A DNA stretch of 64,000 bases from Methanobacteriota archaeon (GTDB lineage Archaea; Halobacteriota; Bog-38; Methanoflorentales; Methanoflorentaceae), in contig OY970393.1 of assembly GCA_963720465.1 (NCBI GenBank), forward strand, positions 1,663,277 to 1,727,276. The letters are read 5' to 3'. How positions within the stretch are numbered: the first letter of the stretch is position 1; every line of letters starts with the position of its first letter. Both the position numbers and the translations under genes were made by a program. A model generated the notes under the pieces. The model was not told the DNA's origin and searched no databases. It was given only the letters and a program-made list of their open reading frames with translations. This document shows positions 1-9,975 of the stretch, piece after piece.

Positions 1-1583
1 AAATTGTCTGCACATTTCTGACCGGTCGCATATTTCCGGCGTGGGACACGCGCGACATCGGCGTGGCTGGTAAGACGCTGGTCAAAGTAATTGCGAACAT
101 CAGTGGCAAGAGCAGCGAGGAGGTCGTTGAGAGCTATCGCGACACGGGGCATCTCGGCAAAACTGCAGAACAGCTTCTCGGGAAGAAAGTCGCGATGAGC
201 CTTGCAGCGTTTGAGGAGCCCCTCACTGTGGCCGATCTGTACCGTTATTTCGAACAGCTGGCCGCGACGACGGGAAAGGGGTCGGCCCAGAAGAAGCAGC
301 GAATGCTCTCGAGTCTGTTAAGCAGGGCCGCGCCGAGAGAGGCGTATTATGTCGTCAGTCTTGCCACTCGCAACCTCCTCACTGGCTCAAAGGAAGGCGT
401 AACTGAAGATGCTATCGCCCAGAGCTTCGGCGTGCCGGCCGATGTGGTGCGGCGCGCGTGGATGCTCGCCAATGACATCGGTCTTGTCGCGCGAATCGCC
501 AAAACAGAGGGACTATCAGGGTTACAGGCGCTCAATATCGAACCCATGCGACCTGTCAGGCCCATGCTTGCGCAGAACGTCGCCGGCGCCACCGAAGCGT
601 TGGACGCGATGGGCGGCCGGGCAGCATTTGAAACGAAGTATGACGGGGCGCGAATTCAAGTCCACAAGACCGGGCCGAAGATTAAGCTCTTCTCTCGCAA
701 GATGGAGGACCTTACCGAGGCGCTCCCTGACATCCGCGCTGCGGTGAACGAAAGCGTTCACGCCAATTCGCTCATCCTCGACTCCGAGGCGATAGCCGTG
801 GACAAGGACACTGGCAAGGTGATACCGTTTCAAAACGTCCTCAACCGCATCCGGCGTAAGTACAGGGTCAGAGAGCTCAGCGATCAGATCCCGATGCAAC
901 TGCGCCCCTTTGATATCCTCTATTTAGACGGAGAAAGTCTCGTCGACCGATCCTTTGCCGAGCGACGCGCACTCCTTGAGAAGACGGTGGCGCCGCTCGA
1001 TAAGCGATGCACGCCCTCTGAATTCAAGATCCTCGACGACCCCGAAGCCGTGGCTGCGTTCTTTAGGCAGTCGATCGATGCGGGACACGAGGGGCTGATG
1101 GCGAAGGATCTCGACGCCGACTATAGCCCGGGCATTCGCGGGCGGAACATGGTGAAGCTCAAGGAGACCCTCGAGAGCCTCGACCTTATCATCATCGCCG
1201 CGGAGTACGGCCATGGAAGAAAGGCCGGCTGGATCACCTCGTACGAGCTCGCCGCGCACGACGAGGACAACGAGCAGTGGGTGCCGGTAGGGCGCGTCTC
1301 GAGCGGTGCTTCCGATGAACAGCTCAAAGAACTGACAGAGCAGATAAAACCCCTCATCATCGGCGAGCACGGGCGTATGGTGGATCTCGAACCACAGATC
1401 GTGCTCGAAGTGAAGTTCAACGAGATTCAGAAAAGCCCGAACTATGCCTCGGGCTTCGCGCTGCGATTTCCGCGTATCGTGCGGATACGAGACGATAAGG
1501 GTCCAGACGACGCTGAAACGCTCGAGCGCATTGACGCACTATACCGGCTGCAGTTCAAACTCAGAGAGCCTGCCCCGACGTAG
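1..1583 (+). CDS. lig: ATP-dependent DNA ligase (Lig1-type), 5'-partial at window edge
   Basis: Adenylation motif KYDGARIQVHK, EGLMAKD, and C-terminal LRFPRIVRIRDDK. The frame is open from nt 3 (..GRIFPAWDTRDIGVAGK..) into the listed GTG at 63, so the N-terminus lies outside the window. TAG stop at 1581-1583 is followed by T6. Confidence 0.95.
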   Translation, partial: IVCTFLTGRIFPAWDTRDIGVAGKTLVKVIANISGKSSEEVVESYRDTGHLGKTAEQLLGKKVAMSLAAFEEPLTVADLYRYFEQLAATTGKGSAQKKQRMLSSLLSRAAPREAYYVVSLATRNLLTGSKEGVTEDAIAQSFGVPADVVRRAWMLANDIGLVARIAKTEGLSGLQALNIEPMRPVRPMLAQNVAGATEALDAMGGRAAFETKYDGARIQVHKTGPKIKLFSRKMEDLTEALPDIRAAVNESVHANSLILDSEAIAVDKDTGKVIPFQNVLNRIRRKYRVRELSDQIPMQLRPFDILYLDGESLVDRSFAERRALLEKTVAPLDKRCTPSEFKILDDPEAVAAFFRQSIDAGHEGLMAKDLDADYSPGIRGRNMVKLKETLESLDLIIIAAEYGHGRKAGWITSYELAAHDEDNEQWVPVGRVSSGASDEQLKELTEQIKPLIIGEHGRMVDLEPQIVLEVKFNEIQKSPNYASGFALRFPRIVRIRDDKGPDDAETLERIDALYRLQFKLREPAPT

Positions 1584-1661
1584 AGTTTTTTATCCGGAAT
1601 GCGTTAGCTCGCCTCGTCGAAGGCTGACATCTTTAACGTAAATTGACGCAAGTGGAATGTC

Positions 1662-1967
1662 ATGAGTGGGAAATATAGCGTCAAGACGCTGAGGCCGTGT
1701 GTTGGTGGGGGATTGGCCATACAGGCGCACTTTGAAAAAGGATTCTCCATGGAAGCGCTGTGCAAGCTCTTGGAGGGTATCGCACAATGCTCGGCAAGGC
1801 TCGGCGTTGCACGATTTTCCCACGAGGGATGCACGTTCACGCTGTATAGAAGCGGGCGGGTAGACGTGCACCGTGCCGAATCAGAAGAGGAAGCGATTCG
1901 ACTGATCGATGAGATCAAGCCGATCGTTGAGGCCGCGTTCGTCGAGCAACCGTCGACGTTACTCTGA
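1662..1967 (+). CDS. hypothetical protein (101 aa)
   Basis: Clean ORF with balanced composition directly downstream of lig. No motif recognised. Confidence 0.4.
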   Translation: MSGKYSVKTLRPCVGGGLAIQAHFEKGFSMEALCKLLEGIAQCSARLGVARFSHEGCTFTLYRSGRVDVHRAESEEEAIRLIDEIKPIVEAAFVEQPSTLL

Positions 1968-2327
1968 CTTCTTACAGATCATCGTCATTTTCCTGTGCAA
2001 CTCTTTCCCGGTCGGCGTGAGTTCGACGCCTTTGTCGCTTTTCACAACATAGCCCGCTTCAGTTAGGCGCTGTACCTCCTTGTCGACTAGCTGGTCCCGC
2101 GCCACGCCGTAGCTTTCGCGGTAGGCCTTTTTGATCCCGAGAGACATACTGCGCCAGAGAAGATCGTGTGCCTCGATGTTGATGTCGATCTCCATCTTTA
2201 AAGCTCCATGAATGGTGGGATATATCTTAACGGCGGAACGATTAATATATTGCTCGTCGATCTTGAGAACGCGAACGGGCAGCCAGTGCTGCGGGGCGAT
2301 CGGCACAGAAATATGTGCTTGCCACAA
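1959..2327 (-). CDS. small hypothetical protein, possible winged-helix C-terminus
   Basis: C-terminal LTEAGYVVKSDKGVELTPTGKEL resembles a wHTH wing. The real start is more likely the internal ATG at 2195 (MEIDINIE..). Confidence 0.4.
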   Translation of the reverse strand: MWQAHISVPIAPQHWLPVRVLKIDEQYINRSAVKIYPTIHGALKMEIDINIEAHDLLWRSMSLGIKKAYRESYGVARDQLVDKEVQRLTEAGYVVKSDKGVELTPTGKELHRKMTMICKKSE

Positions 2328-2474
2328 TTCGACATCATCGTTTTAAAAAAGCGTAGATAACGTGCGCGGGGGCAGTACGGCGCGGAAGCTCGTGAACCGA
2401 AAGTGTCATTCGTGCAGGGCAAAACATATCACGGCGTGCAATTATTTCTTTCGCAATCTTCAAAAAAGCAGAAA

Positions 2475-3078
2475 ATGGAGCACACGACTGTGGTTGAGAC
2501 TCCCCAATACAAGGTTGAAAAAAAGCAAGATAGTTTTGAGATTAGAACGTACGCAGCATATATCCTAGCCCAAATTGACGTCGAATCAGATTTTGATGGA
2601 GCGTTAAGGAACGGGTTTGAGATTCTTGCTCAAGCATTTTTGGAGGAAACAGAAAAAAGGAATCAATCGCTATGACGGCGCCGGTTTCCGAGGAAAAATT
2701 GTCGGGCTCCGAGGAAATCCCTATGATGGCTCCTGTGACGTCAGAAAAGATATCGATGACTGCCCCTGTAACCGAAGAACAAGCGGGAGAACGCGTTCAC
2801 CGAATCTCCTTTGCCATGCCGTCGAGGTTCGCGCTCGAAACGCTGCCGGAGCCACTAGACAAGCGGATCACGTTTAAGGTCGTTGAGAGCCGGAGAACCG
2901 CCACAATACGATTCGCAGGGCGTGTGCACGAGAAGCTTGCGGCTCAGAAAACCGAAGAACTGAGGGATTGGCTCGGAGGAATGGCGTTGTGCCAAAATCA
3001 AACTTTGTTGTCGCGTTATACAACCCGCCGTTCATACCGGGCATCTTTAGAAGAAATGAGATCGTTGTTGATATTTGA
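2475..3078 (+). pseudogene. SOUL heme-binding family gene disrupted by two 1-nt deletions
   Basis: Family motifs are spread over three frames. GFEILAQ is in frame 0. IFGGNRKKESIAMTAPV..KISMTAPV..ISFAMPS..FAGR is in frame 2. NGVVPKSNFVVALYNPPFIPGIFRRNEIVVDI* is in frame 1. Shifts lie near 2634 and 2978. The 604-nt span plus 2 nt gives 202 codons. Confidence 0.8.
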
Positions 3079-3141
3079 CGTACGTGCCGATGTAATGCAA
3101 TGCTCAAAGCAACCGCGCGGTAGAGCGGCAGCGCAACGTGC

Positions 3142-4125
3142 GTGGTGCCCGCGGCGCGGGAGGCCTTGAACGTGTCTTACGTAATAAAGCTCATATCAAT
3201 CCGACGCAAGCAGGAATTGGCCGATCAGTTCCGCGCCCAAGTTGTGTACGAGGTCAAATCGGACGTCTACGGGTGCTGTATTAAGCTGCTCACTGGCACG
3301 CAATCGGTCGCAACTCGCTGGGGCGAAAGCTTCTATTTTATGTCGCAAAACATACGGTCGCACGGACGCCTTTATGTCGTCACCGGCCCGGCAGAAGAGA
3401 CGAATGAAGTGTACTATGACCCTCGATCTAAGACCGCGTTCCTCTTAAACTTCGACTACTACGGCTGGATCAAGTCGCTGGCGTTGAGCGTCGCAGGAGA
3501 TGTCCTCGAAGACGAACACGACATCTATTCGCTGCACGGCGCGTGCCTCGACGTGAACGGGCAAGGCATGTGCATTCTCGGTGAACCAGGAGCTGGCAAG
3601 ACGACACACACGTACGGTTTGTTGAGGCATCCAGAGGTACGCGTTGTTTCAGATGACTGGTTTTTCGCGCGAGTCTACGGGCCAGACATACTCGCCTATA
3701 GTTCGGAAAAGAATTTTTACATACGCGCTGACCTCGCTAAGATCTGGAGCGAATTCGACTGGCTGGTTGAACGGGCGGAGTTTGACGGCGAAGGCCGCGC
3801 CGTCGTCGATCTTCGACTGGCAATCGGAAAAGGACGCATCCTGCCCTTGACGACGCTTAAAAAGATGATCATCTTAAAACGCGACGCAAGTGATCCGGAA
3901 TTCGTTCGAGAGCTCACAGCGGCACAGGCATTGTCCATTCTTGAACGCCACGACTATTTCAATCCGCACCTGCTCGTAAGCACTCCGTTCAAACGAAGGC
4001 TTCGCAAGGCGTTTTTTGGCGCGCTACTTGAACGGATCACAGTCTACGAGGTCAATACGACCGAGCAGCCTGAGCAAAGTCAGATGCGGATACGAGAAAT
4101 CATCTTTCCGGTAAATGCTCTGTAG
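3142..4125 (+). CDS. HPr-kinase-like P-loop protein (HprK_C-related)
   Basis: HGACLDVNGQGMCILGEPGAGKTT (Walker A after the HG..V.G.G motif, as in the HPr kinase C-terminal domain), followed by VSDDW. The start codon is uncertain. Confidence 0.6.
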   Translation: MVPAAREALNVSYVIKLISIRRKQELADQFRAQVVYEVKSDVYGCCIKLLTGTQSVATRWGESFYFMSQNIRSHGRLYVVTGPAEETNEVYYDPRSKTAFLLNFDYYGWIKSLALSVAGDVLEDEHDIYSLHGACLDVNGQGMCILGEPGAGKTTHTYGLLRHPEVRVVSDDWFFARVYGPDILAYSSEKNFYIRADLAKIWSEFDWLVERAEFDGEGRAVVDLRLAIGKGRILPLTTLKKMIILKRDASDPEFVRELTAAQALSILERHDYFNPHLLVSTPFKRRLRKAFFGALLERITVYEVNTTEQPEQSQMRIREIIFPVNAL

Positions 4126-4345
4126 CCTTTTGGAAGGCATTGCGCAGTTGTCGGGGCAGCAAGCGTCGCCGATTTTTCCGGGAAACGATGCACTTCCACG
4201 CTGTCAGGACCTGCAGTGCCGAGTGGAGAGTCCTCCGTGTGTATGCAAAAAATGAAAATAACCACGCTGAAGACGGGAAAAGCATAAGAATCCGACGCGA
4301 CTTATGCATCTATCTTAAAAATGAGGAGGAGATAGCATAGCAGCA

Positions 4346-4858
4346 ATGTATAAACAGCTTGTCCTTGCGATTTTCCCGAATGAAACCGCCGCCGACCGGG
4401 CAGCCGGAGAACTCAAAGGATGGGAAAAAGCGAACGACGAGATAAAAAGGGGAGCGGTCGGCGTCCTAGTTAAGGACAACGACGGTAAGATCAAAGCGCA
4501 TAAACTAGGTACGCGAGAGACCACCAGAGGCGCAGGCGTCGGTCTGGTTCTCGGCATTATCGCAACGGTGCTTTCAGGAGGGCTAGCCCTTCTCGCCGGC
4601 GTCGTGGGCGGCATTATCGTCGGAGGCATTCTCGGCAGCTTCGTCCATCGTGGGCTTGGCATGTCTGATGAAGACTTGCGGCTTCTCGGTGAACATCTCG
4701 ATGCCGGGCGGGCAGCTGTTGGAGTACTCGTCCCTGATAATGAGGCCGCAGCGACGAGTGCCGAGCTAAAGAAGCTGGGCGGCGACATCACCACTTACCA
4801 AGTTAGTGAAGAGGCGCTGCAGCAGGCTGCGGAAGCAGCGAAAGGCGCAGGCGCGTAA
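4346..4858 (+). CDS. DUF1269-like glycine-zipper membrane protein
   Basis: A soluble N-domain, the Gly-rich segment GAGVGLVLGIIATVLSGGLALLAGVVGGIIVGGILG, and a second soluble domain. The architecture matches the N-terminus of the sulfatase at 29127. Confidence 0.7.
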   Translation: MYKQLVLAIFPNETAADRAAGELKGWEKANDEIKRGAVGVLVKDNDGKIKAHKLGTRETTRGAGVGLVLGIIATVLSGGLALLAGVVGGIIVGGILGSFVHRGLGMSDEDLRLLGEHLDAGRAAVGVLVPDNEAAATSAELKKLGGDITTYQVSEEALQQAAEAAKGAGA

Positions 4859-5218
4859 GAGGTCTAACCTGTTCTTTGTTCAGTAATGAGCGGGCAGTCG
4901 CTCTGTGCGGACTTGTGTTCGTGGTCAACGCAGGGCGCCGGGAGCACGCCTCCCCTTTTTTTTCTTCACAGAAAAGCGTTTTGAGGTTTTTTTGGTGCAT
5001 TGGCGATCACACACACGGATACAGTGAGACGAAAGAAAAGATGCGATCACTCTATAAACCGAGTTCAATCTCGCGGTTTTCGCCTTGCTAGGCATTGTTC
5101 TCAGGAGCGTTTTTCGCACTCTGAAGTTGGAGATCCGCAACGGGAAGCGCCAGCAGGTGGTCCCAATCCCCCCTCAAGCCGGCACCCAGTCGAACTCTCC
5201 GTCGAAAGTCCTCCTGGG

Positions 5219-6688
5219 CTAAAGCAAACCTGAAAACAGGCGCGCGATCGACTCCTTAAGTTTAATGATTACGGAGCGGTTTGCATAACGTTCAGGGGTA
5301 AGCTCGGTAGAAACGCCCATGTCTTTGACGAACGCCTCCTTTAAGCGGCGCGCAACAGTGGTATCATAAATAACTGCGTTCGTCTCAAAGTTGAGACCGA
5401 AGCTCCGCCTATCCCAGTTTGCGCTCCCGACAGATGCGGCCACCTCGTCCACTACAATCGTCTTTGCGTGAAGGAACCCGTTGTCGTTGTCGTAGGTGTA
5501 CGCCCGGATGCCCGAGTCGAGCAGCTGCCCAACGAAGGAAAGCCCTGCCCAGTACACGAAGGGATGATCTGGTCGGTTTGGAATCATAATACGCACGTCA
5601 AGGCCAGAAAGTGCTGCAATTCGGAGTGCGTCCCGAACACTGTCGTCAGGGATGAAATACGGGGTCTGAAGATAGATGGTGTCTGTCGCGGAGTTGATCA
5701 TCTTCAGATAGGACTCCTTAATTGGGTTCCAATAGGTGTCCGGCCCCCCTGAGACGATTTGCACGGACGCGCCAGCGGGCGTGGTGACATCAGGGAAATA
5801 GCGGTGCTCGTAGTCGAGGTGCCGCTCCTCTAGGTGCTGCTCCTTTACCGCATAGTTCCAATCGAAGAAGAACCGGAGTTGGCACAACAAAACCGCCGAT
5901 CCGGCAATTCGCACAGCGGCATCGCGCCAGTATCCCCATTTCCTGACCTTTCCGAGGTACTCATCGCCGATGTTGAACCCGCCGACGAAGCCGATCTTAC
6001 CATCAATAACGGCAATCTTACGGTGATTTCTGAAATTAGACCGAAGATTCAAGAATCGTAGCAGCGAAGGGAAGAAGAACGCCACTTGGCCCCCCGCATT
6101 CTTCAACTCATCAAAAAAATGCCGAGGCAGAGGCGCACAGCCGAACCCGTCGCACAAGAGCTTGATTTCGACTCCCGCACGCGCGCGTTGCGTAAGCGCT
6201 TCTCGCATCTCGTGACTGAGCGCGTCATCTCTCCATAAGTAGTACTCGAGATGGACGTGATCGCGGGCTGCGTTGATCGCCGCAATCAGATCTGCGAATT
6301 TCTCACTGCCGTCCGAGTACACCTTGATCTGGTTGTTCGTCGTGAGTATTGAAGCGCCGTCTTCGATTAGCATCAACACCATACGGCGGAACGCGGCAGG
6401 AAGATGATCCGTCGCCGGGATTTCACTTGCTTTCAGTTCACTTTTCTGCAATTCGATGAGGCGCCTGAAGGCCATATCCGCATCGTGCTTCAACCGAAAC
6501 ATCTTCTTTTTGCGGTAATTCTGGCCGAAGAATATGTAGAGAACAAACCCGAGAACGGGTAAGAAGTAAAGGACCAACAACCAGGCCCAGACATCAGCCG
6601 GATTTTTCGTGTCAAAAAAGACAATGGTGATAGCGAAAATTAGATCCGCAACAAGAATGGCGATCAGTGCGAGGTCAGTAATAGTCAT
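5219..6688 (-). CDS. cls: cardiolipin synthase (PLD superfamily)
   Basis: Two HKD motifs (HRKIAVIDGKIGFVGGFNIGDEY and HAKTIVVDEVAASVGSANWDRRS) and two N-terminal TM helices. Confidence 0.93.
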   Translation of the reverse strand: MTITDLALIAILVADLIFAITIVFFDTKNPADVWAWLLVLYFLPVLGFVLYIFFGQNYRKKKMFRLKHDADMAFRRLIELQKSELKASEIPATDHLPAAFRRMVLMLIEDGASILTTNNQIKVYSDGSEKFADLIAAINAARDHVHLEYYLWRDDALSHEMREALTQRARAGVEIKLLCDGFGCAPLPRHFFDELKNAGGQVAFFFPSLLRFLNLRSNFRNHRKIAVIDGKIGFVGGFNIGDEYLGKVRKWGYWRDAAVRIAGSAVLLCQLRFFFDWNYAVKEQHLEERHLDYEHRYFPDVTTPAGASVQIVSGGPDTYWNPIKESYLKMINSATDTIYLQTPYFIPDDSVRDALRIAALSGLDVRIMIPNRPDHPFVYWAGLSFVGQLLDSGIRAYTYDNDNGFLHAKTIVVDEVAASVGSANWDRRSFGLNFETNAVIYDTTVARRLKEAFVKDMGVSTELTPERYANRSVIIKLKESIARLFSGLL

Positions 6689-7059
6689 GTCTTCTTTTGA
6701 GGAGCTCTTCCGTGGTGGCGCGCTGTCGCCGTGGTTTGATGTTTTCAGAGCAGAATCTCAATCTCTCTTAATTAGGATCAGCTTGTTTTTTCTTCATCTT
6801 AAAAGTGGTGATTGTCGGCTCGAATCTAAGACGCTTTGTGTTCTGCTATTATCAGCAGTAATAGCGTTATCAGCCACTACACTTCTATTATCAGTGCGCT
6901 CGTGCTGATAGGACTCGTTGCTTCTGCTGCGAAGATCAGCCCACTCCATCGCTGCCCCTTTTTGACAACGCTGTGCTAGGACAGCAATCCGCATTCGGAG
7001 AATCCACGTGCTGTTCTGCTTGGTCGCATAACAACGACAAAAAGTGTAACACGACTCGC

Positions 7060-7724
7060 TATACCAGTTTCTTTAAAAAAGCGGGCAACTTGCGCTCCGA
7101 TTAAACTTGCTCCCTCTTCAGGCTTTACATCAATGAGTTCAGTTAGCTCATAGAAATCACAGCGGCAGATGCATTCGCCCTGACTCTGTCGAAGGTCTTG
7201 GGCCGTGACGGCTTTAGGAAAAGTGAGGAAAGGGCGCTGCCACGTGCTATAGTGGGCTCCTGCAAATTTTCAGCAAACCGGTCGTCTCGAACCTTTTTTT
7301 CCCGTGGAATGTATATCCGAAAGTTCGTCATCGATTTTCGGCGCTACTATCCCGCTCTCCTCGAAGAGCTTGAGGAGATAGGCCTGCTTGAGGTTGATGA
7401 CTAGAGCCCGCTCAGTTTGTTGTGCGACTTGAAAGAAGCTACGCATGCGGTCAGTATCTTGCTCAGGAAAGTTGACGACAGCAAGGTTGTCTGTCTTGCT
7501 GATCACTTCTGCGGACGCGTCTCGCACCGCTTCTTCACTTAAGTAGGCCGATCATTGATCCTAGTGCCTTCGCAGATGAACACCACCGGATCGACTTCTG
7601 CGGCGCGTTCAGCGAATTTTTGCGTCAAGTCTCCTTTATAACCGTGGAAACGAAAATCTCCGGCATAGACGACGGAGCTGGAACTGGTATCCAGAATATA
7701 AGAGTTTGCGCCTTCGCGAGTGAC
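7060..7724 (-). pseudogene. 5'-truncated, frameshifted MBL-fold/beta-CASP (RNase J-like) hydrolase remnant
   Basis: Minus-strand pieces lie in different frames. They read ..VVYAGDFRFHGYKGDL..DPVVFICEGTRINDRPT* / YLSEEAVRDASAEVISKTDNLAVVNFPEQDTDRMRSFFQVAQQTERALVINLKQAYLL / NFRIYIPREKK / FYELTELIDVKPEEGA. There is no room for the HxHxDH N-domain before the gene at 7905. Confidence 0.4.
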
Positions 7725-7904
7725 TTACTCGGAGGGCCTCACAGCGCAGGGCTCCCACAACGGACGGGTCTTCGACGCCGTGGTGCGTCCTCGGATTTTT
7801 TTTGGGTCTGCTCGCAAAAAAGGGGGGGGATAACACCCCTAACATCTGCGGGGTGCGACCCAACACAAACTGTAGCGTCCACCGACGAGATACAGATTCA
7901 CTCC

Positions 7905-8570
7905 TCAACTGGGCTTAACGTAGAAGGTTGTCCGCTTGGTGCTAATGAGCTTCTGTTCGTGATAAAGGCGCGCGGTGAGGTGGTACAAGCCGTCTTCAAT
8001 CGCCAAGTACTTGCTTTCGAATCGCTTTATGCCGTGTTTTTTTATGAAGTCGATATCGGTCTCGTCTATGAGCTTAACGGCTTTCGACGGGGGAGTTACG
8101 CTGACTTCGAGCCGCAGATCCGACACGTCGCGGTGGGCGTGCACGACCGTTTCCGTCTTGATCATCTCGTTAAGTGCCCAATAGGGCTTATTCACGAAGA
8201 ACATCTGGATCTCGGCGGGATCCTCAGTGACGCGAATCTCATAAAATGGGGAGAACCAGCTCACGTAAGCACCGTCGATGTACGCCGAGACATCCAGATA
8301 GACCGATCCGGTGTGGCTCGCATTGACGTGAAAGTTGAGCACCTCCGTGTCTTGTGGGGCTAACTCTTTCACGAAATGGAACTCGCCGCTCGGCAAGACG
8401 TCGATATCGTACGAGTTGTAGGCATACAGCGTCGCGCTTATGTCGACGAAGCGCTCCGTTGACACGTTCTTCAGCCGCACGGTAATCCAGTGGCGCCCCC
8501 GGCCGAGCACATCCGGCGTAACGGTTGCCTCAAAGGGAAAATTCCGTTTTTCATCATTCATAAACTCCAC
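7905..8570 (-). CDS. hypothetical protein (221 aa), divergent from the TetR gene
   Basis: Long clean ORF. Its N-terminal half is duplicated as a remnant at 9652-9822. No family recognised. Confidence 0.6.
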   Translation of the reverse strand: MEFMNDEKRNFPFEATVTPDVLGRGRHWITVRLKNVSTERFVDISATLYAYNSYDIDVLPSGEFHFVKELAPQDTEVLNFHVNASHTGSVYLDVSAYIDGAYVSWFSPFYEIRVTEDPAEIQMFFVNKPYWALNEMIKTETVVHAHRDVSDLRLEVSVTPPSKAVKLIDETDIDFIKKHGIKRFESKYLAIEDGLYHLTARLYHEQKLISTKRTTFYVKPS

Positions 8571-8693
8571 TCACCTTCTGAATCTGTTTTTTTGTTGTAT
8601 TCCATATTGTTTTCTCCTGGCGAAGTGCAGCAGCCAATGCGTCTCCGCGTAAGCTTCAGCAACACCTGCATTTTTATGTCGATACAAAATTAG

Positions 8694-8720
8694 TATCGAT
8701 ACGGTATCGTATTATATTAT
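8694..8720. promoter_or_regulatory. left arm of a 27-nt inverted repeat (candidate TetR operator), contains the palindrome GTATCGATAC
   Basis: tatcgatacggtatcgtattatattat matches the reverse complement of 8932-8958 at 25 of 27 positions. It lies 124-150 nt upstream of the minus-strand gene start at 8570. Confidence 0.45.
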
Positions 8721-8931
8721 AAGTAATAAAGCTTTCGCTCAATCTCTTATAATTAAGACCCACCTACGAACAACTCATAAAAAAGTATTCAAATTAAGAA
8801 TCTGGCTGCAACAGCAGAACAATATCTCATAAGAAACACATAACTCGATGCCCTGCTTTCACTCATCACAAGAAAGAGCACAGCCTTGTTAATTTACGCA
8901 CAAATTGCAACCGCAAACTATATTACAAATC

Positions 8932-8958
8932 ATAATATAATACGATTCTGTATCGATA
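8932..8958. promoter_or_regulatory. right arm of the 27-nt inverted repeat (candidate TetR operator)
   Basis: The reverse complement is tatcgatacagaatcgtattatattat. It lies 63-89 nt upstream of the TetR ATG at 9021. Confidence 0.45.
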
Positions 8959-9020
8959 TCATATATCAATGATGACTAAGCGCTTAAAAGCAAGAAAAAT
9001 CGAAAGAGAACACTGATACT

Positions 9021-9659
9021 ATGAGTGTTGAAGAACCCAAACCCCCACGGCCTGTTGGCCGTCCGCGAAGCAATGAGGTGCACTCAGCCATTCTCACAGC
9101 GGCGATTGAGTTATTTGCCGAAGAGGGATTTGATGGCCTGAGCATCGAAGCGGTCGCGAACCGAGCGGGTGTGGGTAAAACGGCGATCTACCGGCGGTGG
9201 TCGTCGAAGGAGGCTCTCCTCCTTGACGCGCTGAAAGTGCTCCGCGTGGAGGTTCCGATCGTCGACACTGGGAACTTCCGTGAAGATGCAACGGCGTTTC
9301 TACGCGACACCGTTCGTGCGTATTCGCGGCAAGCCAACCGGCTGTACGTAAAAGTATGGTTGAGGATTGTTGGTGAGCTTTACGAACATCCTAACTTGTT
9401 CAGCACGCTCTATGCCCGGCTCTTTGAGGAACGCAATCGGCAGCTTGAGCTCTTGATTAGACGAGCGCAAGACCGCGCGGAGTTACGCCATGACCTTGAC
9501 GCGGCGTTTATAGAGGACCTTGTCGCCGGACCAATCATCATTCACGCACTTCTCTCTTTAGTTCGATCCACACCATACACGCTCCACGAATTGACCACAA
9601 TGATTGTTGACGTCGTAATATCTGGAATCGAACCCCGTTCTCAGCCTCCTTCGCCGTGA
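9021..9659 (+). CDS. TetR/AcrR family transcriptional regulator
   Basis: N-terminal [51 protein letters not shown]. The last ~10 codons run antisense into a gene remnant. Confidence 0.9.
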   Translation: MSVEEPKPPRPVGRPRSNEVHSAILTAAIELFAEEGFDGLSIEAVANRAGVGKTAIYRRWSSKEALLLDALKVLRVEVPIVDTGNFREDATAFLRDTVRAYSRQANRLYVKVWLRIVGELYEHPNLFSTLYARLFEERNRQLELLIRRAQDRAELRHDLDAAFIEDLVAGPIIIHALLSLVRSTPYTLHELTTMIVDVVISGIEPRSQPPSP

Positions 9660-9822
9660 CGTGCAGATAGGCCCATCCGGTGTGATCCGCAGAAACGTTA
9701 AAGCTGAGGTCTGTCGTTTCTTGAGGGGCCAGCTCTTTCACGAAATGATGTGAGCCGCCTGTCAGGACGTCGATGTCGTATGAGTTAAAGGGCCACAGCG
9801 TCGTGCTTATGCCGTCGAGACG
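9652..9822 (-). pseudogene. N-terminal-half remnant of a paralogue of the 7905-8570 gene
   Basis: [57 protein letters not shown] aligns with RFVDISATLYAYNSYDIDVLPSGEFHFVKELAPQDTEVLNFHVNASHTGSVYLDVSA. Similarity stops at the TetR stop codon. Confidence 0.65.
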
Positions 9823-9825
9823 GAT

Positions 9826-9966
9826 CGTGCCAAGAAGCTGCATAAACTCTTGATCCCCTGGGACAAGCTGTCCGAGGAGGAAAAAGAAAAGGATCACGAC
9901 CTCGTGCGTGGCATCCCAGACGTTTGAGCCCGGGTCGGGTTCACTATCGTCAAATCCAACACGTAG
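9826..9966 (+). pseudogene. C-terminal remnant of a RyR-domain protein with an in-frame TGA
   Basis: KKLHKLLIPWDKLSEEEKEKDHDLVRGIPDV*ARVGFTIVKSNT* matches the bacterial/archaeal RyR-domain consensus (hP.LvPwdeLpeeeKekdR..vr.iP..L...Gf.Iv). The TGA is at 9925-9927. Confidence 0.6.
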
Positions 9967-9975
9967 GTAGTAGAC

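Noticed and set aside
8969-9016. C/D-box sRNA-like arrangement (ATGATGA ... CTGA about 48 nt apart) just upstream of the TetR start.
   Set aside because: There are no recognisable internal D'/C' boxes and no terminal stem. It lies within the expected 5' UTR or promoter of TetR. The short motifs are expected by chance in AT-rich DNA.
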